From Vitrella brassicaformis CCMP3155 (taxonomy: Eukaryota; Protista; Chromerida), in assembly GCA_001179505.1 (NCBI GenBank), contig CDMY01000525.1, positions 1 to 57,456 on the forward strand: a DNA stretch of 57,456 nt. Direction: 5' to 3'. The position numbers were made by a program, and so were the translations under genes. Each line of letters opens with the position of its first letter. Within the stretch, counting starts at the first letter, position 1. Below the pieces are notes generated by a model. The model was not told the origin of the DNA, did not search any database, and saw only the letters and a program-made list of their open reading frames with translations. Shown piece by piece: positions 11,659 to 24,868 of the stretch.

Positions 11659-12761
11659 ATGCTGCTTAGTGAGGTGATCAAGACCTTCGTCGAGAGCGTG
11701 GTGAGGAAGAGAAAGAACAACATGCTCTGCTTCCGGCATCCATCTGCTTGTGGTGTGTGTGTGCGCCATGCAGGTGTTTCTGTTGTTTTTGGTGTTTGCC
11801 CCGGCGGCGGTGGGCAAGTATGCAGCCAAGCACCCCGAGCTGGGCCTCGGCGCACTCGAACCTGCAGTCGAAGTGAGTGGACGAAGAGAGGACTCTCGCA
11901 CAGCAGCGGTTTTTGCATCGTGTGCGTGTTGTTTGCTCTGTGCAGACGTACCTGGTGATCTTCACCTGCATTGTGCTCTGGAACGAGGTGCTGACGAGGG
12001 GGAATGACTTTGACGTGGCGGCCGTCATTGTCAAGAATGCTGTGGGGCTCAAGCCGGCAGGTGCGTGTGGGATGGATGGATGGATGGATGGTCAGACAGA
12101 CAGACAGGCAGAGAGCAAGGCAGACACAGAGAGAGAAGAGGCCAGCTGCAGATCTTCCTGTGCCGCTGAGTTCTCCTTTGCTCAGGTGCCGCATTGGAGT
12201 GCTGCGCCGTGATCTCGTTGGCCGGTGCGGCAGTAGGTGTGTTGGGGCTCTATCTGCCTGAGGTCTTCCCCAACCTCCCCACGATTGACGACGAGTCGCC
12301 CTTTTGGCTGTCCTTCTTGCTCGAGGCCTTCTGCAACTTCATCCACACCGGCATGATCTGCGTCGCCTTCGTGTGCGCCAAGGACGTCCCCGCCACCCGG
12401 TTCCTGCAGATGGCGGCAACGGCCATGATTATTGTCAGCGCACAGCCCTTCATCGGGGGCGGCCCGCTGCTGAACGTAAGAAGGATATGGCAAGCCGGCG
12501 CGGGGCGCACAGAGAGAGTTGGGAGAGGAAGGTTTACACAAGCAAGCACAGTTGCAGGCTCTCGTCTGTCTGTCTGGCTGGCTGCAGGTGGGTCTTGCGA
12601 TCACATCTGCGCTCAAGAACCTCCATCCGCTGAGCGGTGTGGTGCATGTCAGCGGCGATCTAGCCGGTGCCTTCCTGGCGGTGAGCGTCTTCACACCACG
12701 GAGGAAGGGGCAGGTGGCCGCCGAGGGGGAGGCAGAGCCGGAGGCCAAGAAAGAAAAGTGA
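11659..12761 (+). CDS. Highly divergent MIP/aquaporin-superfamily channel (SIP/AQP11-like), about 239 aa
   Basis: Five exons give six hydrophobic segments. TM1 ESVVFLLFLVF and TM4 LLEAFCNF carry the conserved MIP glutamates. Loop B reads RGNDFDVAAV, loop E reads GGGPLLNVGLAI, TM6 reads HVSGDLAGAFLA, and the C-terminus is KKEK*. Confidence 0.65.
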
Positions 12762-13623
12762 CTGACGGGCTGACTGGCTGCATGGCCGGTGTTGTGTTGT
12801 CTTGTGTGTGTGCATGCGTGTACGATAGACAGATAGACAGACAAGACGGTCAGACAGCGGTTGCCGTCAATTGTATGGGTTTTTTGTCACTCTTGTGCGA
12901 AACAATGAAGCAGGCAGGCACATGTCTGTAGCCAGACGGCGTCTCGCTCCTTCCTTGGCTGTTGGAGTTGATCCCCATGCCGAGGGCAGCTGCCACGGAC
13001 GACAGCTGCTTTTTGCGTGCGGTGAGATGGCCTCAACCAGGGGGAGCAGACGTTTGGACGGACAGTCGGACGAACGGGCGGATAGATGGATGGATGGATG
13101 AATGACGTGGGGTGAGTGAGAGTCTTCTGGATTCACCAACGTACGTCACAGCTTAACACAGCCGGCGATCTGGGCACGGTGGATGCATTGGAAGGCACAT
13201 TCAGTACAAGTCACTAGCTACTCCTCCGTCAGCTGGCTCTCTGTGCATAGGCCTGTGGTTGGTTACTGTGACGAGTCGTTACCTGCAGCCGTCTCCCATT
13301 CATCATGAGGCACGGCTGTGGGTGAAGAAGCGACACAAGACCCCCCACAGCCACCGCAACACCACACCAAAGGAAGTCACTCGCAGTCAGCACCGCTGAT
13401 GAAGGAAGGAAGTCCTCACACACTGTTTGTCAGTATGGCACCCCTGACACAACTGGTCTGTTTTCGTCTGTCGGCCGGCGACGTGTGACGGCCGCTCTCG
13501 ATGCCAGAGCCACCGGCAAACGTCGCCTTCCGGGCGTGAAAACAGCCCAGCTGTGTTGTCATGCAAGTAAAGCACCACACTTCCAGGAAATGGCCACCGC
13601 ACAGTCGGTCAGTTGACTCATAT

Positions 13624-13923
13624 NNNNNNNNNNNNNNNNNNNNNNNNNNNNNNNNNNNNNNNNNNNNNNNNNNNNNNNNNNNNNNNNNNNNNNNNNNNNN
13701 NNNNNNNNNNNNNNNNNNNNNNNNNNNNNNNNNNNNNNNNNNNNNNNNNNNNNNNNNNNNNNNNNNNNNNNNNNNNNNNNNNNNNNNNNNNNNNNNNNNN
13801 NNNNNNNNNNNNNNNNNNNNNNNNNNNNNNNNNNNNNNNNNNNNNNNNNNNNNNNNNNNNNNNNNNNNNNNNNNNNNNNNNNNNNNNNNNNNNNNNNNNN
13901 NNNNNNNNNNNNNNNNNNNNNNN
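13624..13923. other. Scaffold gap (300 N)
   Basis: Seen directly in the sequence. Confidence 0.99.
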
Positions 13924-14650
13924 GCCACAACGCACTTACTAGAAACCCCCCGGCTGTTTGCACACACGCGATCAGTCAAGTCAGGCAAGCCTCCTCGATT
14001 CAGACCAGCGATCACCTCAACAAGACCAAACCCGCAAGAAATCAATAGGGGCTGGTGCGATTGCGTGTGTCATCAGCTGCTGCTGCGGTTTCTTCTGAAG
14101 GGCCAACTCCATCTCTCCGCTTTGCAAACCCAGTCGTCACAAAGAAGAAGGATGCAGTACGACTTCAACAAGCCACCGCGGCAGCAGACGAGCACACGAC
14201 CACGCACGTCGAGAGTGAGATGCGGGTGTGCAGCCAGGAGGGAGGGGCCTGCTCTCGTCGTCTTCCTGCTCCCGCCTCCTCCCTTGCATCGACCGACTGG
14301 CCGGAAGCGACGCCTCACATTACTGCTTGCAGCTGCTCGCAAATCGCCGCTTGCTGCCACGCCACCAGGACCATCACATCAGCTCCTTCGTTCGCTTCAG
14401 CAGCACCAACCTCAGTCCAGCTCCCTCAGCTCAGTCACCTCGTCTGAGTGTGGAAAATCTGCCAAACACGCAGTCACCAAACGCCAGCTGGCAACCTTCA
14501 CGCTGTGTCGTCGTATTGCTCACCTCTTTCTTAAGAGCCAAACAAGAAGAAAAAGGCTGGAGATCTTCGCAGCGAAGCTCGCATGCGCGATCGTTTCTGC
14601 GAGAAGAGTCCCGGTGACGTAGGCAGGCAAAGCTTCCTTTGTGATGGTCC

Positions 14651-17249
14651 ATGCATTCGAGATCTGGACAAGATAGGCTGCTTTCATCCTTCACCGTCTC
14701 CCTTTGGCTCGCCCCTCTCATGACGGCCAACGCTCTCGCCGTCGGCTCAGATCCGCCACACAGCAGCATGACCCACGCAGCGGCCTCTTCGCCTTCATTC
14801 GTTTCACCTGTCCGCCCGGCCACAATCGGCAAGGCATCATCCGGTTCATCAGAGATGCCCATTGCTCCGCTGAGGCTCACGAAGGCACCGCTGCGGCCGG
14901 CAGCAAGGCGGTGCCAGGGCCTTCTGGGCCTGCTCAAGGGCCGTGACCGCGGCTACAAGTGGAGGGAGCTGTCAGCAGTGTCGGATGAGCAGCCGCCGCC
15001 GCCTCAAGCTGCTGCTGTTGATGATGAGAGGAAGTCGCCGTGGCCGTTTGTGTGGCTGTCTACCGCTGCCATAACGATCTCCTACGCGGACCGGTCGAAC
15101 ATTGCGACGGCGATTATCCCCATGGCCGCTGATTTCGGCTGGTCCGAGAGCGAGAAGGGCATCATCTTGTCGAGCTTCCTCATTGGGTGAGCAATGAAAT
15201 ACACACGTGGATGCAGGTGAGCAAGACAGCCACACGCATGAAGGCCGGCATGAGTACCTCATCTTAATCATCTTTCTTTTGTTGGTGGTTGTGTATGTCT
15301 ACGTCTACGTACGCCACACAGGTATGCGATCACTCAGACGCTGGGAGGCTTCCTCGCCGATCGCCGTGGCGGGAGGGACGTGCTGACCGCCGGCCTGACG
15401 GCCTGGAGCTTCTTCACCGTCCTGACGCCATTCGCAGCACACATGGGTGCCATTCCGCTGCTGTTGTGCAGAGCGGGACTTGGACTCGGCGAGGTGAAAA
15501 CATGGGGCAGACAAGGGCGGCGGATAAGACACCACATCACACCCTTGTGTCTGTCGTCTGCGCCTGCATGTGGGATTCATTTCATTCAGGGTGTGGCGTT
15601 CCCCGCTGTGCATTCGATGATTGCTGACTACGTCCCGCAGTCACGACAGTCAACGGCAGGTCAGTGAGTGAGCCGAGGAGAAACAAACAAGGGCCGACAA
15701 GACAACGAACCAGGCAGCCAGCCGTGATGATGAATGTGGTGTGTGTGTGTGTGTGTGTGTCCATTTAGTTGGCATCGTGACGGCTGGTTCTTACCTGGGT
15801 GCCTTCCTGGCGTTTCTCATCAGCCCATCGCTCATCGTCTACTTGGACTGGCCCGCCACATTCTACTTCTTCGGCATACTCGGACTCTTATGGCTGCCCT
15901 TCTGGCTGCAGTTCGACCCTGAAACACGCCACGCCGCCACACAAACATCGCTCCAACTCCAACCACCACCACCAATCCAAAGAGACGCAGCCGACACCCC
16001 GAGTGACCGAGACGATGTGCCTCTGACCAGTGCCGATGAGGCGGACAGCCCGCGGGAGAGTGTAGGGTCATCCGTGACAGGAGAAGAGGCCTGCCCTCTG
16101 AATGGGAGGCAGGGAGGCAGTGACAGTGGCGGGGGGAGCGATGGGGACGGTGATGATAAGGATACGGCTGGAGAGAGGAGGAGGGTTGAGGGTGGGGGTG
16201 GGGGTGGAGGGGTGGACTGGGCGCGGCTGGCGTCGCTGTTGGGTCGGCGTGAGGTGTGGGCCATCATCCTCTGTCAATACTGTCAATCGTGGGGGATGTT
16301 CGGCCTGCTCAACTGGCTACCCACATTCATGGAAGAGGTACGTCCCCCGCCACACAAGAGCAGACAGACCTGATGCATGTGTTTGCGTGTGTGAGGCATG
16401 GATGGATGGATGGATGAGTGCATGTGTGTGTGTGTGTGCAGGTGTATGATGTCGCGATGTCCAAGCAGGCCCTCTTCACGACCGCCCCTTACTTCCTGCA
16501 GGGGTCCGTGGGGCTGGCGGCCGGCCGCCTCGCCGACCTGCTCATCGCTGACAAACAATGGAGGACAAAAACCGTCAGGCAGCTGCTGCAGGTGGGCGGG
16601 TGTCTGTCCGTCTTGACAATAACGCTGTGTGAGATGTCCTCTGTGCGCCTGTCTGTGCGACAGACGATCGGCATGGTTGGTCCGGCGGTGTTTCTGCTGG
16701 CGGCCGTGTACACAGCAACGTCCGACGTCGAAGTGAGAGAACCGAAGAACCAACCAGCGCACTCTGTGTGTACGTCTGGTCTGTGTGGTGGTGCAGGCAG
16801 CCGCCTTTATTGCCGTGGGCACAGGCCTGAGTGCCCTCTCTCTGGGCGCCGTCTCAGTCAACCACCTGGACGTCGCACCCAAATACGCTGGTATGCATGA
16901 GAAAGGGAGATGGGGACACTGCCAACATAACTTACCCCTCCCTCCCTCCCTCCCTGCTGTCAGGTTTGGTGTTCGGTATGGGCAACACGGCGGGGATTCT
17001 TGCGGGCGCCCTTGCTGTGCCTGTGAGCGGCTGGGTGCTGGACGTGACGGGCAAGTCATGGGGGGCCGTCTTCTGGATCTTCGCGGCTCACTACCTACTC
17101 GGAACAATGGCGTTTCTCGGGTGAGTGAGTGAGCCCCCAGAGAGGGAGGAGGAATTCTGTGTGTGCGCGTGTGTGCCAGATTGGTCAGCGACGAGAGAAT
17201 CGATTTGGAAGAGGCTGATGCACGGACACTAGTGCCGTCAAGGAGATAG
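14651..17249 (+). CDS. MFS anion:cation symporter, SLC17/PHT4 (ANTR)-type phosphate/anion transporter, probably plastid-targeted
   Basis: ISYADRSNIATAIIPM, GIILSSFLIG|YAITQTLGGFLADRRGG, RAGLGLGE|GVAFPA, FGLLNWLPTF, NHLDVAPKYAG, GNTAGILAG. The long N-terminal extension is Ser/Ala/Arg-rich. The start codon is tentative. Confidence 0.88.
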
Positions 17250-17837
17250 CGATCAGTGCGGTGTGTCGATGGTGTTTGTCGATGGGTGGGTGGATCGGAC
17301 CGATTAAGCCTATGTCGTGTCCGTCAAGGCCACATTCACCACGCGTGTAGTATATGCATCGGTCGGTAGTGTCGTGTGCCTCCCTCCTCCCCTCCAGCGA
17401 CCCGTCGAAGGCTTCGACAGCAGAAACGAGCACATCGATGAATGGATGCATGGTGGGAGGAAAGAGACCGACGCACCGCAGGCAAGGCAGAGATACGGTA
17501 CCACGCACGCATACTCAACAACAAGATAGACGTCGTGTGCCGTCAGCCAATTAGTCAGCTACCCCCTCCCCTCCCCTTCCCTTCCCATCAGAAGTGCATT
17601 GTATGGGCAGCGAGCCCCTGCAGTCAACGCATCTCGTGCCACTCCCACCCCCTCAACCACTCACAGGCAAAATCTGAGGCCAGCTGGCTGCATTTGCATG
17701 GGGCCTCTGAAAAAAAAAGACACATAGAGCTGACATCGGAGGAATATGCAGATCGATACACCGATTCGCACAGTCACGCAGACACACGGATGGAAAACTC
17801 TGCGGGGCAGGTCGCTGCCTGCAACTTGCCTGGCTGG

Positions 17838-19093
17838 CTAGCAGATACTCGCCAGCTGTTTGGTCTTGTCGATGCGCTTGAGAATGCCCGCCAGGACGGT
17901 GCCGGGGCCCAGCTCATACCCCGACTCATACCCCCTCTCCAACACGGCCTTCACGCTGCTCTCCCACTGCACCGGGCTGGTCACCTGCATCACACACACA
18001 CACACACACACACACACGTGTGAGTGTGTCGTCAGAGAGCCAATCGATAGATACGCCAGCCGGCCTCTCGGTGACCTGTTTTGCGAGCAGCTGTTTGATG
18101 GTGTCCGGGTCGGAGTGCGGCCGGGCGTCCACATTGGAGATGACGGGTATCCTTGGCGTCTTGATCTCCACGCCAGACAGGACGGCCTCGAGCTTCTCGA
18201 CGGCGGGCTTCATGAAGTCGGTGTGGAAGGCCCCCGCCACGGCCAGCTTGACAGTCATGCGCGCCTTGAAGTCGGGCTTGGCGATCGCCATGACCTCCTC
18301 GCACGCAGCCTTTGAACCAGATGTGACGTAGTTGCCGTTGCACAGGTAGTTGGCCACGATGACCGGCTCGCCTGCAGGCATCAAACGAACCAACATTGCA
18401 CACAGATAAAGGACGACGATCACTCCCTCCCTCCCTCCGTCCCTCACCGGTCTTTTCAGCCGCCTTGTCGCAGATCTTGCCGACGGTGTCACTGTCGAGT
18501 CCAATGACCGACACCATGCCCGATTCCGCCCCGTCAGCGGCGCTCTGCATGGCCTCGCCGCGTGTCTTGGTGATCTTGACGCCGTCCTCAAACGAAAGCG
18601 CACCGGCGTAGCACAGCGCTGAGTACTCCCCCAGGCTCAGGCCAAGGCAGCACGTGGCCTTGTTGGCCTCCTCCTCCCCCCTCTCCTGCCGCAGCTTCTC
18701 CACAGCCGCCATGGACGCCACAAATATCGCCGGCTGGCAGACCGCCGTCTTGTCCAGCAGGTCCTTGGGGCCGTCGCGGCATCGCTCGAGCAGGTCATAG
18801 CCGAGGATCTCGCTCGCCTTGTCGAAGAGCTCCTTGGCCTTGGGCACTGCTTCGGCGGTCTCGGTGGCCATGCCAACGTACTGCGCGCCCTGCCCAGGGA
18901 AGAAGAAAGCCGTCTTGCCGGACCAGTCTGCAAAGCCATCGTCGGCGGACATGCGCAGCCGCGATAGGCGCCTTGGTGTCCGGGAGCCGCCATGCCGCCG
19001 TGCTGGGCTGGGGGAATGGGGGGAAGGAGTGAAGCATCTTGACGATGCAATGAAGAGGGCGGTGACGATGCATAATCTTGATAGCTGCAGCAT
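17838..19093 (-). CDS. fabD: Malonyl-CoA:ACP transacylase (plastid type II FAS) with bipartite targeting peptide
   Basis: FFPGQGAQYVGM, the GLSLGEY nucleophile motif, RGEAMQ, ANYLCNGNYVTSG, LAVAGAFHT and YELGPG. The N-terminus MLQLSRLCIVTALFIASSRC-FTPS reads as signal plus transit peptide. Confidence 0.95.
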
Positions 19094-19321
19094 TGTGAAT
19101 CGTTGGCGATGAACAGCCCTGCTTGATAAAGAGCAAAAGGACGAAGATCTCCCTCACAGGATGCCCAGATCAGTTTGAGCTCGCAAATTCTGTGACTCTA
19201 GGGTGCTCCATGAAACCGCTATCTGTGACTTTCTCGAGAAAAGATGACCATGACGGGCCACCAGATCCATCCAGGATGGCTGTTCACATCGCCTTCAACA
19301 CGAAAACAGTCAAGATCCTGG

Positions 19322-20193
19322 ATGCTCATCTGTCTGTCTTATCTGCTGTTGTGTGTGGCTGCTGTCGGTGCGCACCTCCGGCAGGCGGGCCAGACGGTGG
19401 TGGATCTGAGCGTGGCTGAGCTGCGGCACCACATGGAGGTGTGGTCAGAAGACCTGGTGGTCTTCTTCTATGCACCCTGGAGCAGCGATTGCAAGTGAGC
19501 ACTCATCGCCTGCAGGGCAGACACACACACAAGTGACTCACAGATAGAAAGACAACCAGACATTCAGTCAGGTTCCATAACTTACTGAATGGCCTGTTTG
19601 TCGGGGTGTGGTGTGCGTGTTGTCTGTCTGTGTGCGGTGCAAGCAGGCGTCTTGCCCCCCTGACCGAGAGTCTGGGTCGTTTCTACGTGGAGCGAAGGGT
19701 CAAGGACATCCGTGTGGCCAAGTTCAACTGCGTGGCGTCCAAGACCCACCGGGAGCTGTGTGACGGGCTGGGCATCCAGTCGCTCCCCACCTTCCTCTTC
19801 TTCGCCAGCGGCAAGATGCGCAGCTTCAACCGCACCAGCACCCTCCTCGCCGAGCGGGACGTCAAGCACCATCGGGCGTCCAAGTGAGCGCCTCTCTCTC
19901 TGAGCGGCGGGGTCTCGCGCTGTGGACACACTCTCCCAACCTGCGCTGTGTGTGTGTGTGCGTGTGTCAGATTTCGCGGCGATCCGTACATCTATGAGAG
20001 TTTGCGTGACTGGACGCGCATCATGAGGTGGCTGTCCTTGGGGCAGCGGTGGGCGAGGTACGTCAAGCAGACCACGTCGGATGTGCTGGGCGGGCGGACA
20101 CTGATAGCCGAGAACGCCAGGCTGCGGGCGGAGAAGAAGAGGCTGCTCAAGAGGCTGGAGGCCTGGGGGGACACTGAACCATCTTCTGCATGA
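19322..20193 (+). CDS. Signal-peptide thioredoxin-fold (PDI-like) protein with SxxC motif
   Basis: Signal-like MLICLSYLLLCVAAVGA; VVFFYAPWSSDCK|RLAP; VAKFNC; ELCDGLGIQSLPTFLFF. Three exons. Confidence 0.8.
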
Positions 20194-20790
20194 CCAGCCG
20201 GGATGACTGACGAAGGACGGACGGACGGGCGGACGGGTCGTCGAGCATGGATGGATGAACGGATGGATGGATGGATGAGTAGATGAGCATGTGGTCGGCG
20301 TGGGATCTGGTGGGGGATGAAATGTCATGGCTGGCCAGCCACTGTAGGCCACTGTGTTAGTGGAAAGACGATGTGACTGCCTGGCTGGCTAGCCACTGCC
20401 ATTGTGTCGGTGAAAGACGATGTGAACCACGCGGCGAGTGCATGCAGACGGGGGGCGTCCCCCAGCTGCATGCATCTTCGTCAAGACGGGCGTCCAGGAA
20501 CGCTCGAATGAGTCATCTTGTCGTTGGAAGACCATCTCGCCAGCCCCACTGCAGGAGACAGCGCGATCTCTTCGCGACCCAAAGTCATTGGGTCGTCGCT
20601 CGCAGGTCCGTCGTGTTAGTACCGTCGGTTCTCAGGCGTCGCATCTTGTCTGGCGTGTCTTGGTCGCCCTCGCCGCCTTCTGCCGCTTTCCCTCGTCCTT
20701 GTTGTCACGCCTCTGCCTGCCTGTGACAATCACACCACTCGCTGACACCCGTGCCTGTCGCTGACTCCGATTCTGCTTCTGAGGAGCAAG

Positions 20791-23700
20791 ATGGTCGCCA
20801 AGAAGGAGCTGTCGAACGGGGAGATGAAGAAGGAGATTGAGCACGAGATCGAGGAGGCTCACCACTGGATGGAGTCGGAGCGGTTCAAGTACACCAAAAG
20901 GACATACACCGCTGAAGGTGCGGAGGGCGAGAGGGGAGAGGGGGGGGTGGGAGTGGCGTGTCGGTCGGTGAGGGAGGGGAGTGGCATGTGTCTCGCTGCG
21001 TGCAGATGTGGTGAGTCTGCGGGGCATGCACCACCGTGAGTATGCGGGTGTGCGTCCGGCGCGGAAGCTCTACCGCCTCATTCGGGAGTGCTTCGACAAG
21101 CGCACCTTCACCAACACCTTCGGCGCGGTGAGTGACTCACTCACCGACACACACAGGGAGGGGGGAGGGAGGGAGGGAGCCAGGGTGGGGGTGCATGGGT
21201 GTGTCTCACGTGCGAGAGGGAGGGTGCGCGTTGTGTGTGTGTGTGTGTGTGTGTGCAGCTGGATCCCCTGCAGGTTGCTCAGATGGCGCAGTACCTCAAG
21301 ACCGTCTACGTCTCGGGCTGGCAGTGGTGAGCATCCCACACACGCTCATCCATCCCTTCCTCCCTCACCTCACTCTCCTTGCGTCTCGTGTCGCGTTGTC
21401 TGTCTGTCTGTGTGTTCAGTTCGTCGACCGCATCCACGACGAACGAGCCGGGTCCCGACTTCGCCGACTACCCGAGCAACACGGTGCCCACCAAGGTCGA
21501 CCAGCTCTTCAAGGCACAGCTTTTCCACGACAGAAAGCAAAAGTGAGTGAATGAGTGGGTGGGTCAAGCAAGAACCACACACGAACGAGAGAGAGGGGGA
21601 TGGCGTGGTGTCCTGAGAGGTGGTTGTGTTGTGTTGTGTTGTGTTGTCTTGGCAGGCAGGAGAGGATGCGCCTGAGCCGTGAGGAGCGCGAGCTGCACCC
21701 CGAGATCGACTACCTCGCACCTCTCATCGCAGACGGCGACACCGGATTCGGCGGCGTCACCTCTACCATGAAACTGGTGTGTACCCACCCCACCCACACA
21801 CCTCCCACCTCACACACGCACACACGAAAGACTCACGCCTTGCCTTGCCTTGCCTTGCCTTGCCGCTCTCTCCTCTCTCCCCTGTGTGTGCAGATCAAGC
21901 AGATGGTTGAGAACGGTGCGGCGGGCGTGCACATCGAGGACCAGCGTCCCGGCGCCAAGAAGTGCGGCCACATGGGTGGCAAGGTGCTGGTCAGCACGCA
22001 GGAGCACATCGACCGGCTCACGGCTGCCCGCCTCATGGCCGACGTCATGGAGTGCGGCCTGGTCCTCATCGCACGGACGGACGCCGAGTCGGCTCAGTTC
22101 CTCGACAACAACATCGACGCCCGCGACCACCCCTACATCCTCGGCTGCACCAACCCAAAGCTGGAGCCTCTGGTACGTGACGGGCTGATGTGGTCGGGGC
22201 GGGGCGGGGCGGGGCGGTGTGTGGGTCAATGGGGCATTAATGTGAGCGATGTGTGTGATCTGTGTTGTGTGCTGTTTCTGCGTGTGTTGTATAGAATGAG
22301 GTGATGCACAAGGCTGACGAGAAGGGCATCTCCCAGGCCGAGAAGCAGAAGCTCAATCAGCACTGGTGAGTGAGCAGGGCAGCAGGACACGCGCGAAGAC
22401 ACACAGATGGGTGCGTATCTAACTGTCCATGTGTGTGTGTGTGTGTGCGTGCCTTAGGCTGGAGTCAGCGAATTTGATGCGTTTCCCCGCCTGTGTGGTG
22501 AAGGCACTTAAGGAAGCCCACTTCGACAACGAGGGTGAGCCACACACCCACACCCACCCAGTCGTCCGCCCATCCACAGACATGATCGCCTTGCGCTCTC
22601 CTTCTTGCGTGGGTGATGTGCATCAGAGGATCGCGATGCGGCGTTGACCACGTGGCGGCAGCAGGCCTACAGCCTGTCGCACCGTGATGCCAAGAAGCTC
22701 GCCCTCTCACTCGGCCTCACCGAGGAGCAGATCTACTTCGACTGGGACGGTACACACATCATGCACTCACCATGCACTGCCAAATACCTCCCTCCCTCCC
22801 TCCCTCCCTCCCTCGCTGCTGTGTGCAGCCCCCCGTTCTCGCGAGGGTTTCTATCGCATCAAGGGCGGCAATGACATGGCAGTGGCGCGCGGCTTGGCGT
22901 TTTCTCCCTACAGCGACATGCTGTGGTTCGAGACCAAGACGCCCAACCTGACGCAGTGCAAGTACTTCGCCGACGGTATTCACGGGACCTACCCCCACCA
23001 GCTGCTCTGCTACAACTGCTCACCCTCTTTCAACTGGTGAGTGAGCATGGTCAGGAATCAGGCACACACACACACACAGATAGATGGATGGATGGATGGA
23101 CACACAGAGGATAGCGTGTACGTGTTGTGTTGGTGTGTCGGCTTGGCTTGCTGTTGGTCAGGTCTACTGCTGGCATGAGTGACGAGGAGATCCAGGACTT
23201 CCAGACGGAGATCGGCAAACTCGGATTCGCCTGGCAGGTGAGGCGCCATCGCCACCACACCCACACCACACCACGTCACCCTATATGGCCATCCACCGCA
23301 TGTGTGTATGTCATGTCTTTCATGTAATTGTTCATTCAGTTCATCACGTTGGCTGGTTTTCACTGCAACGGCATGTACATCTCACGCTTCGCCTGCGACT
23401 ACGCCAAGCGGGGCATGCTCGCCTACGTCGAGGACATCCAGCGACCCGAGAAGATGCATGCACCTGAGTTGCTCACACACCAGAAATGGAGCGGAGCGGT
23501 GAGTCTGCGAATACCAACGAGGGAGGGAGGGAGGGAGCGGTCGTGTGCGCATGATTGTGTTGTCCTTTGGTGTGTCTCCTCCTTATCAGGGTCTGATGGA
23601 TGCGAGCATGATGATCGCGTCCGGCGGACACTCCTCCGTCAAATCGCAGCAGGTGGGCGCCGTCACCACCACCACATACTTGCCTGCAAGTTGGTCATCA

Positions 23701-23921
23701 TGCTGTCTGTCTTGTGTCTGTCGTGTTGCCATGCCATGCCATGCCAACAGGAGGGCTCGACCGAGGTGCAGTTCAAGCCGGCCACTGACGAGCCGATGGG
23801 GCACCTGGGCGGCTCCAAACACACCGACGCCGACGAGCAGGAGAGGCGCAAGAAGAGCTCCGTCGGCGGGTCGTCCTCCCCGGGCCTGCCAGCATCCCCC
23901 GCCACTCACACCTGCGCCTGA
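20791..23921 (+). CDS. ICL: Isocitrate lyase (long eukaryotic type)
   Basis: FGA|[35 protein letters not shown]...[40 protein letters not shown]. Confidence 0.97.
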
Positions 23922-24868
23922 ACTCACACACACTTAACGCTAATTCCTCCCCCACCCACCCCCCTGGCTGTGTTCACACTTCACACTCAGCAGCGTGCAT
24001 GGCGTGACCTTTTTTATGTGTCGGTCGACCGGCTGTGATTTCGTGTGGCTTGGCTTGGCTTGGCTTGGCTTGGCGTGATGTGGTGTGTTGTGTTGTGTTG
24101 TGTTATGTGATGGGCTTGCGTGTGGTGCGCGCAAGAGGGAGCCAGCGAATGGATATCTCTGTTGATGATGGTGTGGATGGATGGATGGATGGTATTTCTT
24201 ACTATCCAATGCGGTCAGTGTTGCGGCAACAATACAATGAGAGAGCGTGGGTGTGTGTCGCGCTTGATCGCCAGACTGGACGAAAGAGAGGAGGGACATG
24301 CCCGTGCCGTTTGGTGGGCGCGCGGCGTGCTTAGTGGGAGGAGATGGAGGTGGAGGTGGACATACACACCGATCGATATGGTATGGCTGCTGGATTGACT
24401 GCGGCTGGCTTTTTCTGCTGGGTGTCGTGTGTGCTGTATGATAGCTATGTACCATGGAATGCGTTATGCGTTATCACACACTGACGACTGACGAGTGGAT
24501 GGATGGATGGATTGAAGCAAGGGGAGGGGACAACTGGCTGCGTGTCTGCATCACATCAGGGGATTTACTGATTGCTTTGCTAACTCACCCACCCCCCGCC
24601 TCACAAGTGCGTACATACCTACGTACACACATGGACGAGGCTGCCTGCGTGACTGACTGCCTATCTTCCTTGCATGCCATGCCCGATTGATTTGTTGTAT
24701 CATCTGCCTTCGCCGCTGACTGACTGATGGCTGGATGTCGTCTTGGTCTGTGTGTGCTTTGCTCGCGTAGGGTACCGTGACGTGTGTCTCGTCGGCCGCC
24801 ATATCGCTGCCGCGGACATCCATCACGGCACCCGTGGCTCGAGCAATGCACGCAGGACCAAAGGCAAG

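Noticed and set aside
13395-13420. CTGATGA followed by an AGGA..TCCT stem
   Set aside because: No GAAA core follows the stem, so it is not a hammerhead.
14073-14360. Minus-strand ORF with LTLDVRGRVLVCCRGGLL, faintly like a BTB/POZ start
   Set aside because: The similarity is too short, the frame closes quickly, and the adjacent gap prevents a gene model.
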